Source of the DNA: an uncultured Chloroflexia bacterium
GTDB lineage: Bacteria > Chloroflexota > Limnocylindria > Limnocylindrales > CSP1-4
Reading direction: 5' to 3'
Assembly: GCA_963768655.1 (NCBI GenBank)
Contig: CAVYIM010000009.1
Span: 96,001-160,000, forward strand
DNA length: 64,000 bases
Positions 48,638 to 58,501 of the stretch are shown piece by piece; the first letter of the stretch is position 1; each line of letters begins with the position of its first letter. The translations under genes were made by a program, and so were the position numbers. The notes under the pieces are model-generated. The model saw only the letters and a program-made list of their open reading frames with translations. It searched no databases and had not been told where the DNA came from.

Positions 48638-49261
48638 TCATACGCCGCGATAGAGCCATTTGAGCAAGGCGTTGCGCTTGTGCCCATCGCCGCCGAGGCG
48701 GCCGTTCTTGCGAAGGACCCCGACGGCGGCATCGAGAGCCCGACTCATCGCCGCGGCCTCGTCGCCGCCGAGCCGGGACGCCGCAGTTTCGCGAATGCCT
48801 TCGCACAGGGCGACGATGTCCCAGAGCGACACTCCGCGGCGGCGGAAGATGGGGCCGATCCACTCGGCGTACTCGGCCATCGGACGCGGGTCATCGGCGG
48901 CTACGCTCGTGGCCAGCCGATCGATCAGCACTTCGGCGTCGTGGAGCAGCTGGCGCAGGCCGGCGTCGTCGAAGCGGAGCTGGAGCTCGGGATCGGCTGC
49001 GACGGCGGTCACGAGGGCATCGGCGGCGATTGTCGCCCTGTCGCGGCGCAGGGCCGCTGCCGCGGACGGGAAGCCGGCCGTCATGTCGATGGGCGGCTTG
49101 CCGAGGTTCGGGTGCCGGTGCGGAGGTTCGGGCGCGGCCACGGCCATCTGCTTGGCGGACCTGGCCGACCGAGCCGGTTTCGCGGGGCTGGCGGGCTTCG
49201 CGGGCTTCGAAACGGCGCGGGAAGCGCGCTTGGGCGTCGGAGGGATGCCGGTTTCTGTCAC
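48638..49261 (-). CDS. Hypothetical all-helical protein, globin-like sensor fold suspected
   Basis: LLHDAEVLIDRLATSVAADDP..AEYAEW..FRRRGV. Confidence 0.5.
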   Translation of the reverse strand: MTETGIPPTPKRASRAVSKPAKPASPAKPARSARSAKQMAVAAPEPPHRHPNLGKPPIDMTAGFPSAAAALRRDRATIAADALVTAVAADPELQLRFDDAGLRQLLHDAEVLIDRLATSVAADDPRPMAEYAEWIGPIFRRRGVSLWDIVALCEGIRETAASRLGGDEAAAMSRALDAAVGVLRKNGRLGGDGHKRNALLKWLYRGV

Positions 49262-49346
49262 GGTCCGAAGTCTAGCCTGGACCGACCGGCGGCGCAGCGA
49301 CGCAGGGGTCCCTCTCGGCTGCCGGCCACGCCCCAGGCCGCCGACC

Positions 49347-50243
49347 TCAGTACTGGAGCCACTCCGCGGAGCGGTTGGGAAACGCCTGGCTCGGGTTGCC
49401 GCATGAGGCGAAAGCCTCAACCGTGAACCGCTGAAGATGGTCGTACTCGGCGACGAAGATCGGCAGCATGTCCTGGCTCAACGTGTCGGGTTCGTAGTCC
49501 GGGTTGCGCTGGAACGTCCACGCCAGGCCGTAGTGGCCACCGACCTGGAGCGCCGCATTCATGATCCTGACGGCAGCCGAACCGGACCCGCCTCCCGACA
49601 CCGGCCCGATGGCCAGGTCGAGGCCAGTCTCGGTCGGCGTGATCCAGCCCCCGACAGGCCGCCCGTCCAGAGTCTGCGCAGCCGGATCCATCGACGAGGT
49701 GACCCACGGGCCGGGTTCCATGCTCTGGAGGCTGACCGGCGGCATTGGGCCGCCCGGTTGTGGCGGCATGCCGAGTTCGGCGTCGATCCACCCGGGCAGT
49801 TCGGCGTAGACGGCCAGCTGGTCGATGCCGGTGCTTCCGGCGGCGCCGGCCGGCCACAGGTCGAGCTTGTGCCAGCTGAACGTGACGTCGGCGGCGACGG
49901 TCTGCGCGTCCGGCGCGGCGGTGCACGTGACCGACAGCGTCAGATCCGGAATTCGGGCCTGCGTCGGATCGGCCCAGGAGAAGGCGGCCAGCGGCACCAG
50001 GAAGCTCAAGACGAGGACGACGCTGATCGCCACTCCCAGCCACCGGCCGATCGGCCGCGTCGTGCCCATCAGGATGACGGCCGCCAGGGCGGCACTCGCG
50101 CCCAACCCGAGACCCACGCCGGCAACGGCGGCGCGGCCGGGCGTCCAGCCCAGGACGAGGGCGATCAAGTCGCCGGCCTCCAGTGCGGCGACCACGGCCA
50201 GCCAGAACCGCAGCGTGCTCTGGCGGTGAGCTTCGGCCGTCAT
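49347..50243 (-). CDS. Membrane protein with extracytoplasmic domain paralogous to the upstream gene
   Basis: 3 TM, then DPTQ..DL..C..W..LDL.P ... Y.HL.RF.V.A.ASC. Confidence 0.7.
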   Translation of the reverse strand: MTAEAHRQSTLRFWLAVVAALEAGDLIALVLGWTPGRAAVAGVGLGLGASAALAAVILMGTTRPIGRWLGVAISVVLVLSFLVPLAAFSWADPTQARIPDLTLSVTCTAAPDAQTVAADVTFSWHKLDLWPAGAAGSTGIDQLAVYAELPGWIDAELGMPPQPGGPMPPVSLQSMEPGPWVTSSMDPAAQTLDGRPVGGWITPTETGLDLAIGPVSGGGSGSAAVRIMNAALQVGGHYGLAWTFQRNPDYEPDTLSQDMLPIFVAEYDHLQRFTVEAFASCGNPSQAFPNRSAEWLQY

Positions 50244-51604
50244 TGGGAGGCCCACGGGTAGGGCAGCTGCATCCGGACACCGGACCCGGTCCGGTCGCAG
50301 CTCGCCAGCGCCTGCACCACGAACCTGTCGAGGTGCGCGTAACGGACGATGACCAGTGGATCGACCGGCGCCGGCGGTGTCGGCTCGGGCTGGGCCGACG
50401 CGTTCAGCCACTGGACGTGCTGAACGATCTCGTACGTCCAGCCGGCGTGGAGGCTGCCCGGCGTGAATTCGATCGCGTCGGACGTCGGGACGTAGGGGTC
50501 GATGCGGATGAGGCTTTCCGTCGGCGCGTTCACTACAAGCCCATCAACCGAGCCGTTTGGGCTGGAGATCTGCGGGTCGCCGGAGATCATGTAGAGCGGG
50601 ACCTTCGACGGTATCGAGATCCACGCGGTGCGCAAGTCCGCCGAGTTCCGTCCTCCCGACGAAGCAATTCCGGACTCGAAGCCGTCGGGCCAGCTCTCGG
50701 GTGTGCCGCCGTGTGCGATCCCGTACGGGAACAGGTCGAGCCGGCTCCAGTGCACCACCGTGTGCACGTCGACGTCCGTGACCCCGCCGCCGGCGTCGCG
50801 TGTGCAGACGGCCGACACCTGCAGGTCCAAGTCGGAGGCCGTCACCTGCGTCGGATCGGGCACCGCGCCGGCGGCGTACGGGAGGCCGTATCCCGCCGCG
50901 ACGGCGACGACCAGGGCAACTGCCAGGATCCGCCCGATCGGCCGGCTGTGCGAGAACCACTCCGCCATTTCCGCCCCGATCGCGGGGCGGAGCATCCACA
51001 GGCCGATGATGCCCAGTATCGGGATGGTGGTTGTCCCCGAGGGGGCCGCGAACACGGACTCGGCGCCCTGCACGAGAACCGCGGCGAGCATGAACTGGGC
51101 GTACCGCAGGGCCCAGCGTTGTCCTCGCGCGAATGCCCGGAAAGCCAGCACGTCGAGCGCCAGGGCGAGCGCGGCAGCCGCGACGAATACCGCCGCCCGA
51201 ACCGGGGTCAGCCCGGTCACGCCGATCCAGATCAGGATCACCTCGCTCATTGCCCCAGTGGCCAGCAGCAGCCGCAGCCGGCGGTAGCCCGGCAGCTTGC
51301 CCGGCGGCGAAGCGGCGGCCGGCAGCAGGACGCCGATCGTCGTGGCGTACAGGCGGGAGTGATAGGCGCCGGTCATCTCGTGTCCGAGCCTGCCGGCCTC
51401 CCCGAACGATCGGATTGCCGTCTCGACCGCGTCGGCAGCCGAAGCTCCCGCGACCAGCGCGTCCCGCCAGCGCTGCCAGAGGTGGCCGTACAACTCCTCG
51501 GCTATGTCCTCCCGGTCGGCGGCGGGCACACTGGAGCCGGCCAGGATTGCCTGGACGTGGGCGCGCAGCCGCGGCCCGGGGTCCGGGACCGCCGTCTCGC
51601 TCAT
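50240..51604 (-). CDS. Permease-prefix/HAAS domain membrane protein
   Basis: REDIAEELYGHL..AIRSFGEAGRLG N-terminal domain, several TM helices, extracytoplasmic domain. Confidence 0.75.
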   Translation of the reverse strand: MSETAVPDPGPRLRAHVQAILAGSSVPAADREDIAEELYGHLWQRWRDALVAGASAADAVETAIRSFGEAGRLGHEMTGAYHSRLYATTIGVLLPAAASPPGKLPGYRRLRLLLATGAMSEVILIWIGVTGLTPVRAAVFVAAAALALALDVLAFRAFARGQRWALRYAQFMLAAVLVQGAESVFAAPSGTTTIPILGIIGLWMLRPAIGAEMAEWFSHSRPIGRILAVALVVAVAAGYGLPYAAGAVPDPTQVTASDLDLQVSAVCTRDAGGGVTDVDVHTVVHWSRLDLFPYGIAHGGTPESWPDGFESGIASSGGRNSADLRTAWISIPSKVPLYMISGDPQISSPNGSVDGLVVNAPTESLIRIDPYVPTSDAIEFTPGSLHAGWTYEIVQHVQWLNASAQPEPTPPAPVDPLVIVRYAHLDRFVVQALASCDRTGSGVRMQLPYPWASQ

Positions 51605-51942
51605 GATCCGAGCACCGCGTCGGCGGCGGACTTGAAGCGTAGCCAGTCCTCGCGGCCGGCGGCCAGGGCGTCCTCGCCCTGCCGGGTCAGCCGGTAGTAG
51701 CGCCGCCGAGGCGCGCTGCCCGCCATCTCCACCCAGTGGCCGCCGATGAGCCCGTCGCGCTCGAGTCGCCGGAGGGAGGGATAGACCGTCCCCTCCGGCA
51801 GATCGATCGCCCCCTCGGTCGACCGGCGCAGCTCGGCCACGATCTCGTACCCGTACATCTCCCGCCGCCCCAGCAGCCCCAGGATGAGCAGCCCGAACTC
51901 CCCTCTCGAGAGTTGCGGGCCGCCTACTTGCTGCCCGCTCAT
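51601..51942 (-). CDS. PadR-family regulator
   Basis: MYGYEI, EGTVYPSLRRLERDGLI, RRRYYRLT..G. Confidence 0.92.
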   Translation of the reverse strand: MSGQQVGGPQLSRGEFGLLILGLLGRREMYGYEIVAELRRSTEGAIDLPEGTVYPSLRRLERDGLIGGHWVEMAGSAPRRRYYRLTRQGEDALAAGREDWLRFKSAADAVLGS

Positions 51943-52286
51943 GGCCGTGCGCCGTGGAAGCGCGCGGTCGCCGGCGTGGGGCTGGGTGCGTGGGCCGCGG
52001 TCCTCGCCGCGTTTCGCTCGCCGGCGGGAGTCAGGACGTAGTAGCGCCGGCGCGGGGTGCCCTCGCCGATCTCGACCCAATGGGCCACGGTCAGCCCGTG
52101 TCGCTCGAGCCGCCGAAGCGCCGGGTAGACGGACCCCTCGGCCAGCTCGATGCCGCCCTCCCCATCGCCCGGTGCCCGCAGCTGGGCAGCCAGCGTCGTC
52201 GCGATCTCGTAGCCGTGCATCTCGCGTCGGGCCAGGAGTCCGAGCACGAGCGCCCGCAGGTCTGCCTGCGAAATCGAAGCGGCCAT
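51939..52286 (-). CDS. PadR-family regulator (tandem paralog)
   Basis: MHGYEI, EGSVYPALRRLERHGL, RRRYYVLTPAG. Confidence 0.9.
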   Translation of the reverse strand: MAASISQADLRALVLGLLARREMHGYEIATTLAAQLRAPGDGEGGIELAEGSVYPALRRLERHGLTVAHWVEIGEGTPRRRYYVLTPAGERNAARTAAHAPSPTPATARFHGARP

Positions 52287-52327
52287 CGGATCCCTCTCTG
52301 CCCGGCCTCTCTCGTCGCGACCGTCAC

Positions 52328-52365
52328 TACCTAGAGACTCTAGGTATTCACCACTCGGACGTCAA
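52328..52365 (-). promoter_or_regulatory. Sigma70-type promoter (TTGACG-17-TAGAGT) overlapped by palindrome TACCTAGAG-A-CTCTAGGTA, likely PadR operator
   Basis: Perfect 9-bp inverted repeat 52328-52346; cgtcaa at 52360-52365. Confidence 0.75.
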
Positions 52366-52401
52366 GAGGGGCTGTTCGGAGAGATGCGGCGGAGCGTTGC
52401 C

Positions 52402-53400
52402 TCAGGTGCGCGCCAGCCGCGCCCTAGCGCCCTCGATCGAAACAGCGTCGATCCAGCGTTCCCGGGCGGCCCGCATGGCAATCGTGCGAGGGCCGGGCCT
52501 GCCGTTGCCGATCCCTCGGCCGTCCACCGAGACAACCGGTATTACGCCCCCGATGCTGGCGCAGATGGCCATCTCGTCGGCCGCGAACACGTCCTCGAGC
52601 CGAAGATCGCGCTCGACCATGGCCAGCCCGACCGCGTCGCCATGCTCCACCAGCCATGCTCGCGTCGTGCCCGCCAGCAGCCCGGTGCCGAGCCGGGGAG
52701 TGGCGCAGGTGTCGCCCTCGATCAGCAAGACATTAGAGGTCGTGGCTTCGGTGATTCGCCCGTCCGTCGTCAGGAAGATCGCGTCGTCCGCGCCGGCGCG
52801 CTCGGCCTCGATGCGCGCGTAGACCAGCTCCGCACGCGACGTCGTCTTGATTCCGGAGATCGGCGAATCGGCGTCACGGTGGACGCAACTGGTGATGAAC
52901 CGCTCGCCCTGCTCCAGGGCCCGCGCCGCGGGTGGAGCGTATGGCCAGGCCTGGATGGCCACGGTTGCTCGGAGGCCCGCCTGGGGCAGGACAGCGCGGG
53001 TGGGATCGAAGCCCCGGCTGACGGTGATTCGGACCACCGCATCGCCCGGAGGGTCGGCACGGTCCGCGGAAGCGGCCCCGTCCCGCGCCTCCGCCCCGTC
53101 CCGCGCCTCCGCCCGGTCCGCCGATCCACTGCCGTCCAGGCCTTCGGCCGCCAGCAGCTCCGCGACGCCCGCAGCCACGGTGTCGTCGCCAAACGGCAGC
53201 TCGAAGGCCAGCGCGGCCATGCTGTCGTGCAGCCGCGCCAGATGCCCGGCCAGCTCGATGGCCACGCCGCGGCGGGCTCGCAGTGCCTCGAAGACACCGT
53301 CGCCGAGCTGGAAGCCACGATCGTATACGGAGATGTGGGCCGCGTCGGAAGCCACCAGCCTGCCGTCGAGCCAGACGTTCGATGCGGCGGGTCGACTCAC
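52402..53400 (-). CDS. Aminotransferase class IV (PabC/IlvE/D-amino acid family)
   Basis: DRGFQLGDGVFE, HLARL..S, RITVSRG, IKT, EATTSN, LAGTTR. Confidence 0.9.
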   Translation of the reverse strand: MSRPAASNVWLDGRLVASDAAHISVYDRGFQLGDGVFEALRARRGVAIELAGHLARLHDSMAALAFELPFGDDTVAAGVAELLAAEGLDGSGSADRAEARDGAEARDGAASADRADPPGDAVVRITVSRGFDPTRAVLPQAGLRATVAIQAWPYAPPAARALEQGERFITSCVHRDADSPISGIKTTSRAELVYARIEAERAGADDAIFLTTDGRITEATTSNVLLIEGDTCATPRLGTGLLAGTTRAWLVEHGDAVGLAMVERDLRLEDVFAADEMAICASIGGVIPVVSVDGRGIGNGRPGPRTIAMRAARERWIDAVSIEGARARLART

Positions 53401-53812
53401 GTAATCCTCCGAAACGGTCCGTCGATTAGGCGGGGCGCCCGGCCGAGGGGGAAGCTGGGCGCCCCATGAAGGCGGATGGCGGCGCTGGTAGTGAGGTTCG
53501 GGAGACCTCGCCATTCCGCTCGGCTCGACCGTGAGGCCGGCCGGCGACACACCGTCCCGGGCATGATAGATGCGCACCGCCAATCGAGCGCAGAGAGTCC
53601 GCGGCACGGTGCCGAAAGGGGGCGGCCCCGCGGGAGGGGGCCGCAGGGCCGCCGAGGAATTCTGTCTTTGCCGCCGTGCGCCGACAGTCGCCGCCGGGCG
53701 CCGGCTGCGTCCAGAGCTTACGCCACGAAACGAACGGGCGCACCCTCAATCTGGAGGAAGGCGGCGATGCGAGGAGGACGACATCGCCGCCCCGGAGAAC
53801 AGCGGGTGGTTG

Positions 53813-56179
53813 TCAGGCGCCCGTGGCGCCGGCCTCGCCGAATCCGCTTCCGCCGGCGCCGGCACCCAGGAGCTGCTCCGGCTCACCCTCGATGGTGATC
53901 CGGGGGATCCAGCGCAGGAAGCTCGGCATCCACCAGTTCCACTCGCCCAGCAGCTTCATGAGCGATGGCAGCAGCAGGCTGCGGACGACTGTGGCGTCGA
54001 CCAGGATCGCCACCGCCAGCCCGACGCCCAGCTCCTGGATGATCGCCAGCTGGATCGTGAAGAACGCACCGAAGACGCAGACCATGATCGCGGCGGCGCT
54101 GGTGACGGTGCCGGCGGTGATCGTGATCCCCTTGACGACCGCGTCGGTGGACGCGAGGCCGCGGTCGCGAGCCTCCTTGACGCGGGTCAGAATGAAGACG
54201 TGGTAGTCCATCGAGAGACCGAACAGGATGGTGAAGACCATGGCCGGGGCCCAGGCCTCGATCACGTTCGGCCGGATGTCGGTCACGTCTTTGAACCAGC
54301 CCTCCTGGAACAGCAGGACGAGGACGCCGAAGGCGGCGCCGGCGGAGAGCAGGTTGAGGATGATCGCCTTGAGGGGGATGACGATGGAGTGGAAGGCCAC
54401 CAGCAGGAGCAGGAAGCTCATGCCCAGGACGAAGCCGATCACCAGTGGCATCTGGCTGCCGTACCAGTCCGCGTAATCCATGGTGTACGTGGCCTCGCCC
54501 GACACGTAGACCCGTGTGCCGGGCACCGAGCCGAAGTAGCTCGGCACGACGGACGCCCGGAAGCTGCGGGCGAGATCCCAGTTGGCCAGATCGTTCGGCC
54601 CGCCGGGGATCGCCGCGGAGACGTCCGCCACGGTGCCGTCGCCGGAGTACGCGACGGCGGTAGTCGCGGCGTTGACGCCCGCGAACGAGCCGCCCTTCAT
54701 CGCCGTCTCGAAGGTCCGGATGGCCGTCGCGGTCCGGGGCTGCGTGGCGTCGGTGACGATGACCTCGATGGTCAGATCGCGGCCGGCCGGCCACTTGGTG
54801 GTGATGAGCTCCCAGGCGCGAACGCCCTCGACGCTCTGAGGCAGAGTCGAGACGTCGCTCGTCGTGGAGCCGAGCTGGAGCTTCGAGACGGGGGCGGCGA
54901 CGAGGATGAGGATCGAAGTCGCCGCGACGGCCGCGATGACGGGGTGATTCGTGGCGGCCCGGACGATGCTTCCCCATATCCCTCGACCCTCGCCGCGGTC
55001 GCGGGACAGGTACGGAATGCCGAAGCGCATGACCTTGCGGTCGAGGATGGAGAGCGAGGCCGGCAGGAAGGTGAGACTGCCGACGACCGAGATGAGGACG
55101 ACGGCAATGGCGCCGATCGCGATCGACTTGAAGAGGCTGTCGTCGATCAGCAGCAGGGCGCCGAGCGAGATCGTCACCGCCAGGCCGCTGAAGAAGACGG
55201 CTCGACCGGCCGTGGAGCTGGCGACCTCGATGGCGCCGAGCTTGTCGCGCCCGGCGGCGCGCTCGGTCCGGAACCTCGATATGACGAAGAGCGAGTAATC
55301 CACGGCCACCGCGAGCCCGATCAGGACCACGATCTGGACCACGTACTGGCTGATCGGCGCGAAGGCCTGGCTGTAGAGGTCGACCAGGCCCATCGCGCCG
55401 ACGATCGCACTGAGTGCCAGCACGATGGGGACGAAGGCGGCGACCGCCGACCGCGACGCGATCAGCAGGATCAGGAAGGTGACGATCAGGGTCGGCAGGA
55501 GCAGTCCGTCGAGCGAGCTGTTGATGTACACGCCGAAGTCGGCGTTGATCAGCCGGTTGTTGAAGGCGTAGATGGTCAGGTCCGGGTAGTCCGTCTTGAA
55601 CTGCTCGGCCAGCGGCTTGATCGCGTTCGCCTTGGTCGTGGCTTCGGCGTCGTCACCGGAGACCCTGGCTGTGACGATGGCCGTCGTGCCGTCCGCCGAC
55701 AGTACGCTCGGGGCCTGGCTGGGGGCGGCTGCGGCGAGGGCGTACGGATCGACGACGGCCGGCAGCTGGCTGCTCGGATCCTTGTAGAAGACCGGTGTGG
55801 GCGTCCCGTCGATCGTGACCGTCAGGCTTGTCAGGCGGCTCGTCATGTCGGCGATCGCCTGGCGGTTGGCCGGCGTGTCCAGCTTGCCGGACGGGTTCTC
55901 GACGAGCAGATAGAACGATTCGGTCGTGACGGCGCTCTTCGTGCCCGCGTCGTCGAAGACGTTCCAGCCCGTCTGCGAGTCGCCGATCGTCTTGCCCTTG
56001 TCCATGATCGACTGCGACCGCGCTCCGCCCAGGGCGATGCTGGCGGCCATGAGGCCGATCGTCAGGACGAACCACCCGGCCAGAACGGGCCAGCGATGGC
56101 GGGCGCTCCAGACCGCGACCCTGACCGTCCAGGGCTCGCGGCGAGATACGGGCGCGCCGCTGGCGGGATCCATTGCCAC
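53813..56179 (-). CDS. MMPL-family (RND) membrane protein
   Basis: GLAVAVDYSLF..RF, GRAVFFSG, FGLSMDYHVF, AILVDAT.VR.LL.P. Confidence 0.92.
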   Translation of the reverse strand: MAMDPASGAPVSRREPWTVRVAVWSARHRWPVLAGWFVLTIGLMAASIALGGARSQSIMDKGKTIGDSQTGWNVFDDAGTKSAVTTESFYLLVENPSGKLDTPANRQAIADMTSRLTSLTVTIDGTPTPVFYKDPSSQLPAVVDPYALAAAAPSQAPSVLSADGTTAIVTARVSGDDAEATTKANAIKPLAEQFKTDYPDLTIYAFNNRLINADFGVYINSSLDGLLLPTLIVTFLILLIASRSAVAAFVPIVLALSAIVGAMGLVDLYSQAFAPISQYVVQIVVLIGLAVAVDYSLFVISRFRTERAAGRDKLGAIEVASSTAGRAVFFSGLAVTISLGALLLIDDSLFKSIAIGAIAVVLISVVGSLTFLPASLSILDRKVMRFGIPYLSRDRGEGRGIWGSIVRAATNHPVIAAVAATSILILVAAPVSKLQLGSTTSDVSTLPQSVEGVRAWELITTKWPAGRDLTIEVIVTDATQPRTATAIRTFETAMKGGSFAGVNAATTAVAYSGDGTVADVSAAIPGGPNDLANWDLARSFRASVVPSYFGSVPGTRVYVSGEATYTMDYADWYGSQMPLVIGFVLGMSFLLLLVAFHSIVIPLKAIILNLLSAGAAFGVLVLLFQEGWFKDVTDIRPNVIEAWAPAMVFTILFGLSMDYHVFILTRVKEARDRGLASTDAVVKGITITAGTVTSAAAIMVCVFGAFFTIQLAIIQELGVGLAVAILVDATVVRSLLLPSLMKLLGEWNWWMPSFLRWIPRITIEGEPEQLLGAGAGGSGFGEAGATGA

Positions 56180-56245
56180 TTGCTGCTCCTCCTCCGGCGG
56201 CGCCCCAACTCGACGCCGCCGACGATGGTAACCGGGGCGGGGCGA

Positions 56246-57013
56246 TCAGGCCGTGGCGGCGACGGCCGGCGCGGCGGCCGAGGTGGCCATCACCGGCGTC
56301 GCGGCGATAGCGCCGCGCAGGCCCTGGTCGCGGATGCGCCCGTCGCGCATCCGGATGACCCGGTCGCAGGCCTCGCCCACCTCGGCATCGTGGGTGACGA
56401 GCACGATCGTCTGGCCGTGCTCGCGGTTGAACTCACGCAGCAGAGCCAGGACCTCGGCGCTCCGCTCGGAATCGAGGTTGCCGGTCGGCTCGTCCGCCAG
56501 GATGATCTCGGGCTTGTTGACGAGCGCGCGGGCGACGGCGACGCGCTGCTGCTCGCCACCCGACAGCTCGGACGGCTTGTGACCGGCCCGATCCTGCAGG
56601 CCGACGAGGGACAGCGCCTCGAGGCCTGCCTGCTTCGCCTGGTTGCCGCGGACGCCGGCGTAGTCGCACGCGAGCATCACGTTCTCGAGAGCCGTCAGCG
56701 TCGGTACCAGGTTGAAGTCCTGGAAGACGAAGCCCATCCGGCGGGCCCGGATCCGCGTGCGAGCGTTATCCGAGAGAGCGGCCACGTCCTCGCCGGCGAG
56801 GTGAAGCTCGGGGGCCGGGCCGTGGTTGGGATCCGGGGCGTGGAGCAGGCCCAGGATGTGCATCAGGGTGCTCTTGCCCGATCCGGAGGGCCCCATGATC
56901 GCCACCATCTCGCCCCGCTCGATCGAGATCTCGACGCCCTTGAGGGCTTCGACGGTGTTCCGGCGGCTCAGCCGGTAGGTCTTGCGGAGGTTGCGTCCTT
57001 CGAGGATTGCCAT
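56246..57013 (-). CDS. ABC ATP-binding protein (LolD/MacB-like)
   Basis: GPSGSGKS, LSGGEQQR, ADEPTGNLD, VTHD. Confidence 0.95.
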   Translation of the reverse strand: MAILEGRNLRKTYRLSRRNTVEALKGVEISIERGEMVAIMGPSGSGKSTLMHILGLLHAPDPNHGPAPELHLAGEDVAALSDNARTRIRARRMGFVFQDFNLVPTLTALENVMLACDYAGVRGNQAKQAGLEALSLVGLQDRAGHKPSELSGGEQQRVAVARALVNKPEIILADEPTGNLDSERSAEVLALLREFNREHGQTIVLVTHDAEVGEACDRVIRMRDGRIRDQGLRGAIAATPVMATSAAAPAVAATA

Positions 57014-57098
57014 CGTGTTGTCTCCTGCGCGGGCCGCTCGAGGCGCCCGCGATCCGGCTGGATTGGCGGTTCCGTGGAGTTACCTGGCGCCCGACCTG

Positions 57099-58268
57099 CT
57101 ACTCGTAGCGGAGGGCGGTCACCGGGTCGAGGCGGGAGGCGTGCCAGGCCGGAATGAAGCCGGCGGCCGCGCCCAGGATCGTGGCGAAGGCGACGGACGA
57201 GAAGGCCGTGCCGAACGTCAGGTCGAAGAGGATCGTGGCCGAGTCGCGGCCGGCGTCGTTCCCGAGCGTCGTGATGACGTAGCCCAGGCCCAGCCCGAGC
57301 AGTCCGCCTATCAGGCCGATGAGGGCCGACTCGATCACGATCTCCCGGCGAATGCGCCAGCGGGACGCGCCGATGGCCCGCTTGATGCCGATCTCGCGGG
57401 TCCGCTCGGCGACGGACATGGCCATCGTGTTGATGACCGAGAGCCCGCCGACGAGGAGGCTGATCAGGCCGATGCCGATCAGAATCGCGTTCAGCATGGA
57501 AGTCGCGGCTCCGATCTGCTGGTCGAAGTCCTTGCCGGTCATCGGTGTGACCCCGGAGATCGAGGCGTTGATCTCGTCGGCGATCTGCTGCGGGTCGACT
57601 CCGGGCTTCGGGTAGACCACGAGGCTGGTCGCGAGCTCGCCGGCGTCGAGCTTGTCCGCGACCAGAGCCGGCAGAGTCTTGATGAAGAGCTCCTGGGCGG
57701 CGGCCATCGGGACCATGGCCGAGTTGTCCGGGGCGGTGAGCGTGGGCTCGAGGATCCCGACGACTTTGAACTGGACGTCGCGGAGCGTGACGGAGTCGCC
57801 CACTTTGGCGTTGAACTGGCGGGCGAGATCCGAACCGAGGACGACGACGTCGCTGCCTTCGTCCTGCGGGGTCAGGGCCCGGCCCGTGGCGTAGTTGAGC
57901 TGGAACGTCTCGCGGCCCTTGTCGGCGCCGGCGACCGCGCCGTCGATCATCGGCGGCGTGCCCATCGAGACGCCGCTCTGGTCGTCGCTGAGCAGGATCT
58001 CGACGCCAGGAACGACCACGTCGACTCCACCCAGCGCGGCGACCTGGTCGGCCATCCTGGTGGAGAGGACTCCGCCAAGGCCCATGTAGCCGCCCTTGGC
58101 GCTGATGACAACCTTGTCCTTGTAGTAAGTGCTTCCGCCTTTGACGAGGGCGTCGATCTTGTTGGCCATCGAGCCGAAGACGACCAGGGCCATGATGCCG
58201 ATCATGATCCCGGTGATGGTCAGAGCGGAGCGGAGCTTGCGGCGACCGAGGTCGCGCACGAGTCGCAT
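57099..58268 (-). CDS. ABC permease, MacB/FtsX family
   Basis: RSALTITGIMIGI, ERTREIGIKRAIGA, PAWHASRLDPV.ALRYE. Confidence 0.93.
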   Translation of the reverse strand: MRLVRDLGRRKLRSALTITGIMIGIMALVVFGSMANKIDALVKGGSTYYKDKVVISAKGGYMGLGGVLSTRMADQVAALGGVDVVVPGVEILLSDDQSGVSMGTPPMIDGAVAGADKGRETFQLNYATGRALTPQDEGSDVVVLGSDLARQFNAKVGDSVTLRDVQFKVVGILEPTLTAPDNSAMVPMAAAQELFIKTLPALVADKLDAGELATSLVVYPKPGVDPQQIADEINASISGVTPMTGKDFDQQIGAATSMLNAILIGIGLISLLVGGLSVINTMAMSVAERTREIGIKRAIGASRWRIRREIVIESALIGLIGGLLGLGLGYVITTLGNDAGRDSATILFDLTFGTAFSSVAFATILGAAAGFIPAWHASRLDPVTALRYE

Positions 58269-58501
58269 CGTTGGTTCTCCTTCGCTGGTGGCCGTCGCGC
58301 CATTGGCTGCTGGTTTCGAGGGGCGCCGCGCCGGCGTGTATCTCGTCGTGCCCAAAGCTACGGGCGGAGCCGTGTTGCGCCGTCGTCCGAGATGCGGAAA
58401 CACCGGTCGTCCAGGCGGGTGAACCTCGTCTCATCCCTGGGTATGACAGACCGATGCCGGGGGATGAGCGGCCCGTCGACCCGCGGCGCCGGGTGGCGGG
58501 G

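Noticed and set aside
53570-57157. 1195-aa plus-strand ORF and many other long antisense or alternate-frame ORFs (e.g. 4902-6941, 35298-37472, 22016-23602)
   Set aside because: They are shadows of well-supported genes on the other strand or frame, expected at this GC content, and carry no motifs.
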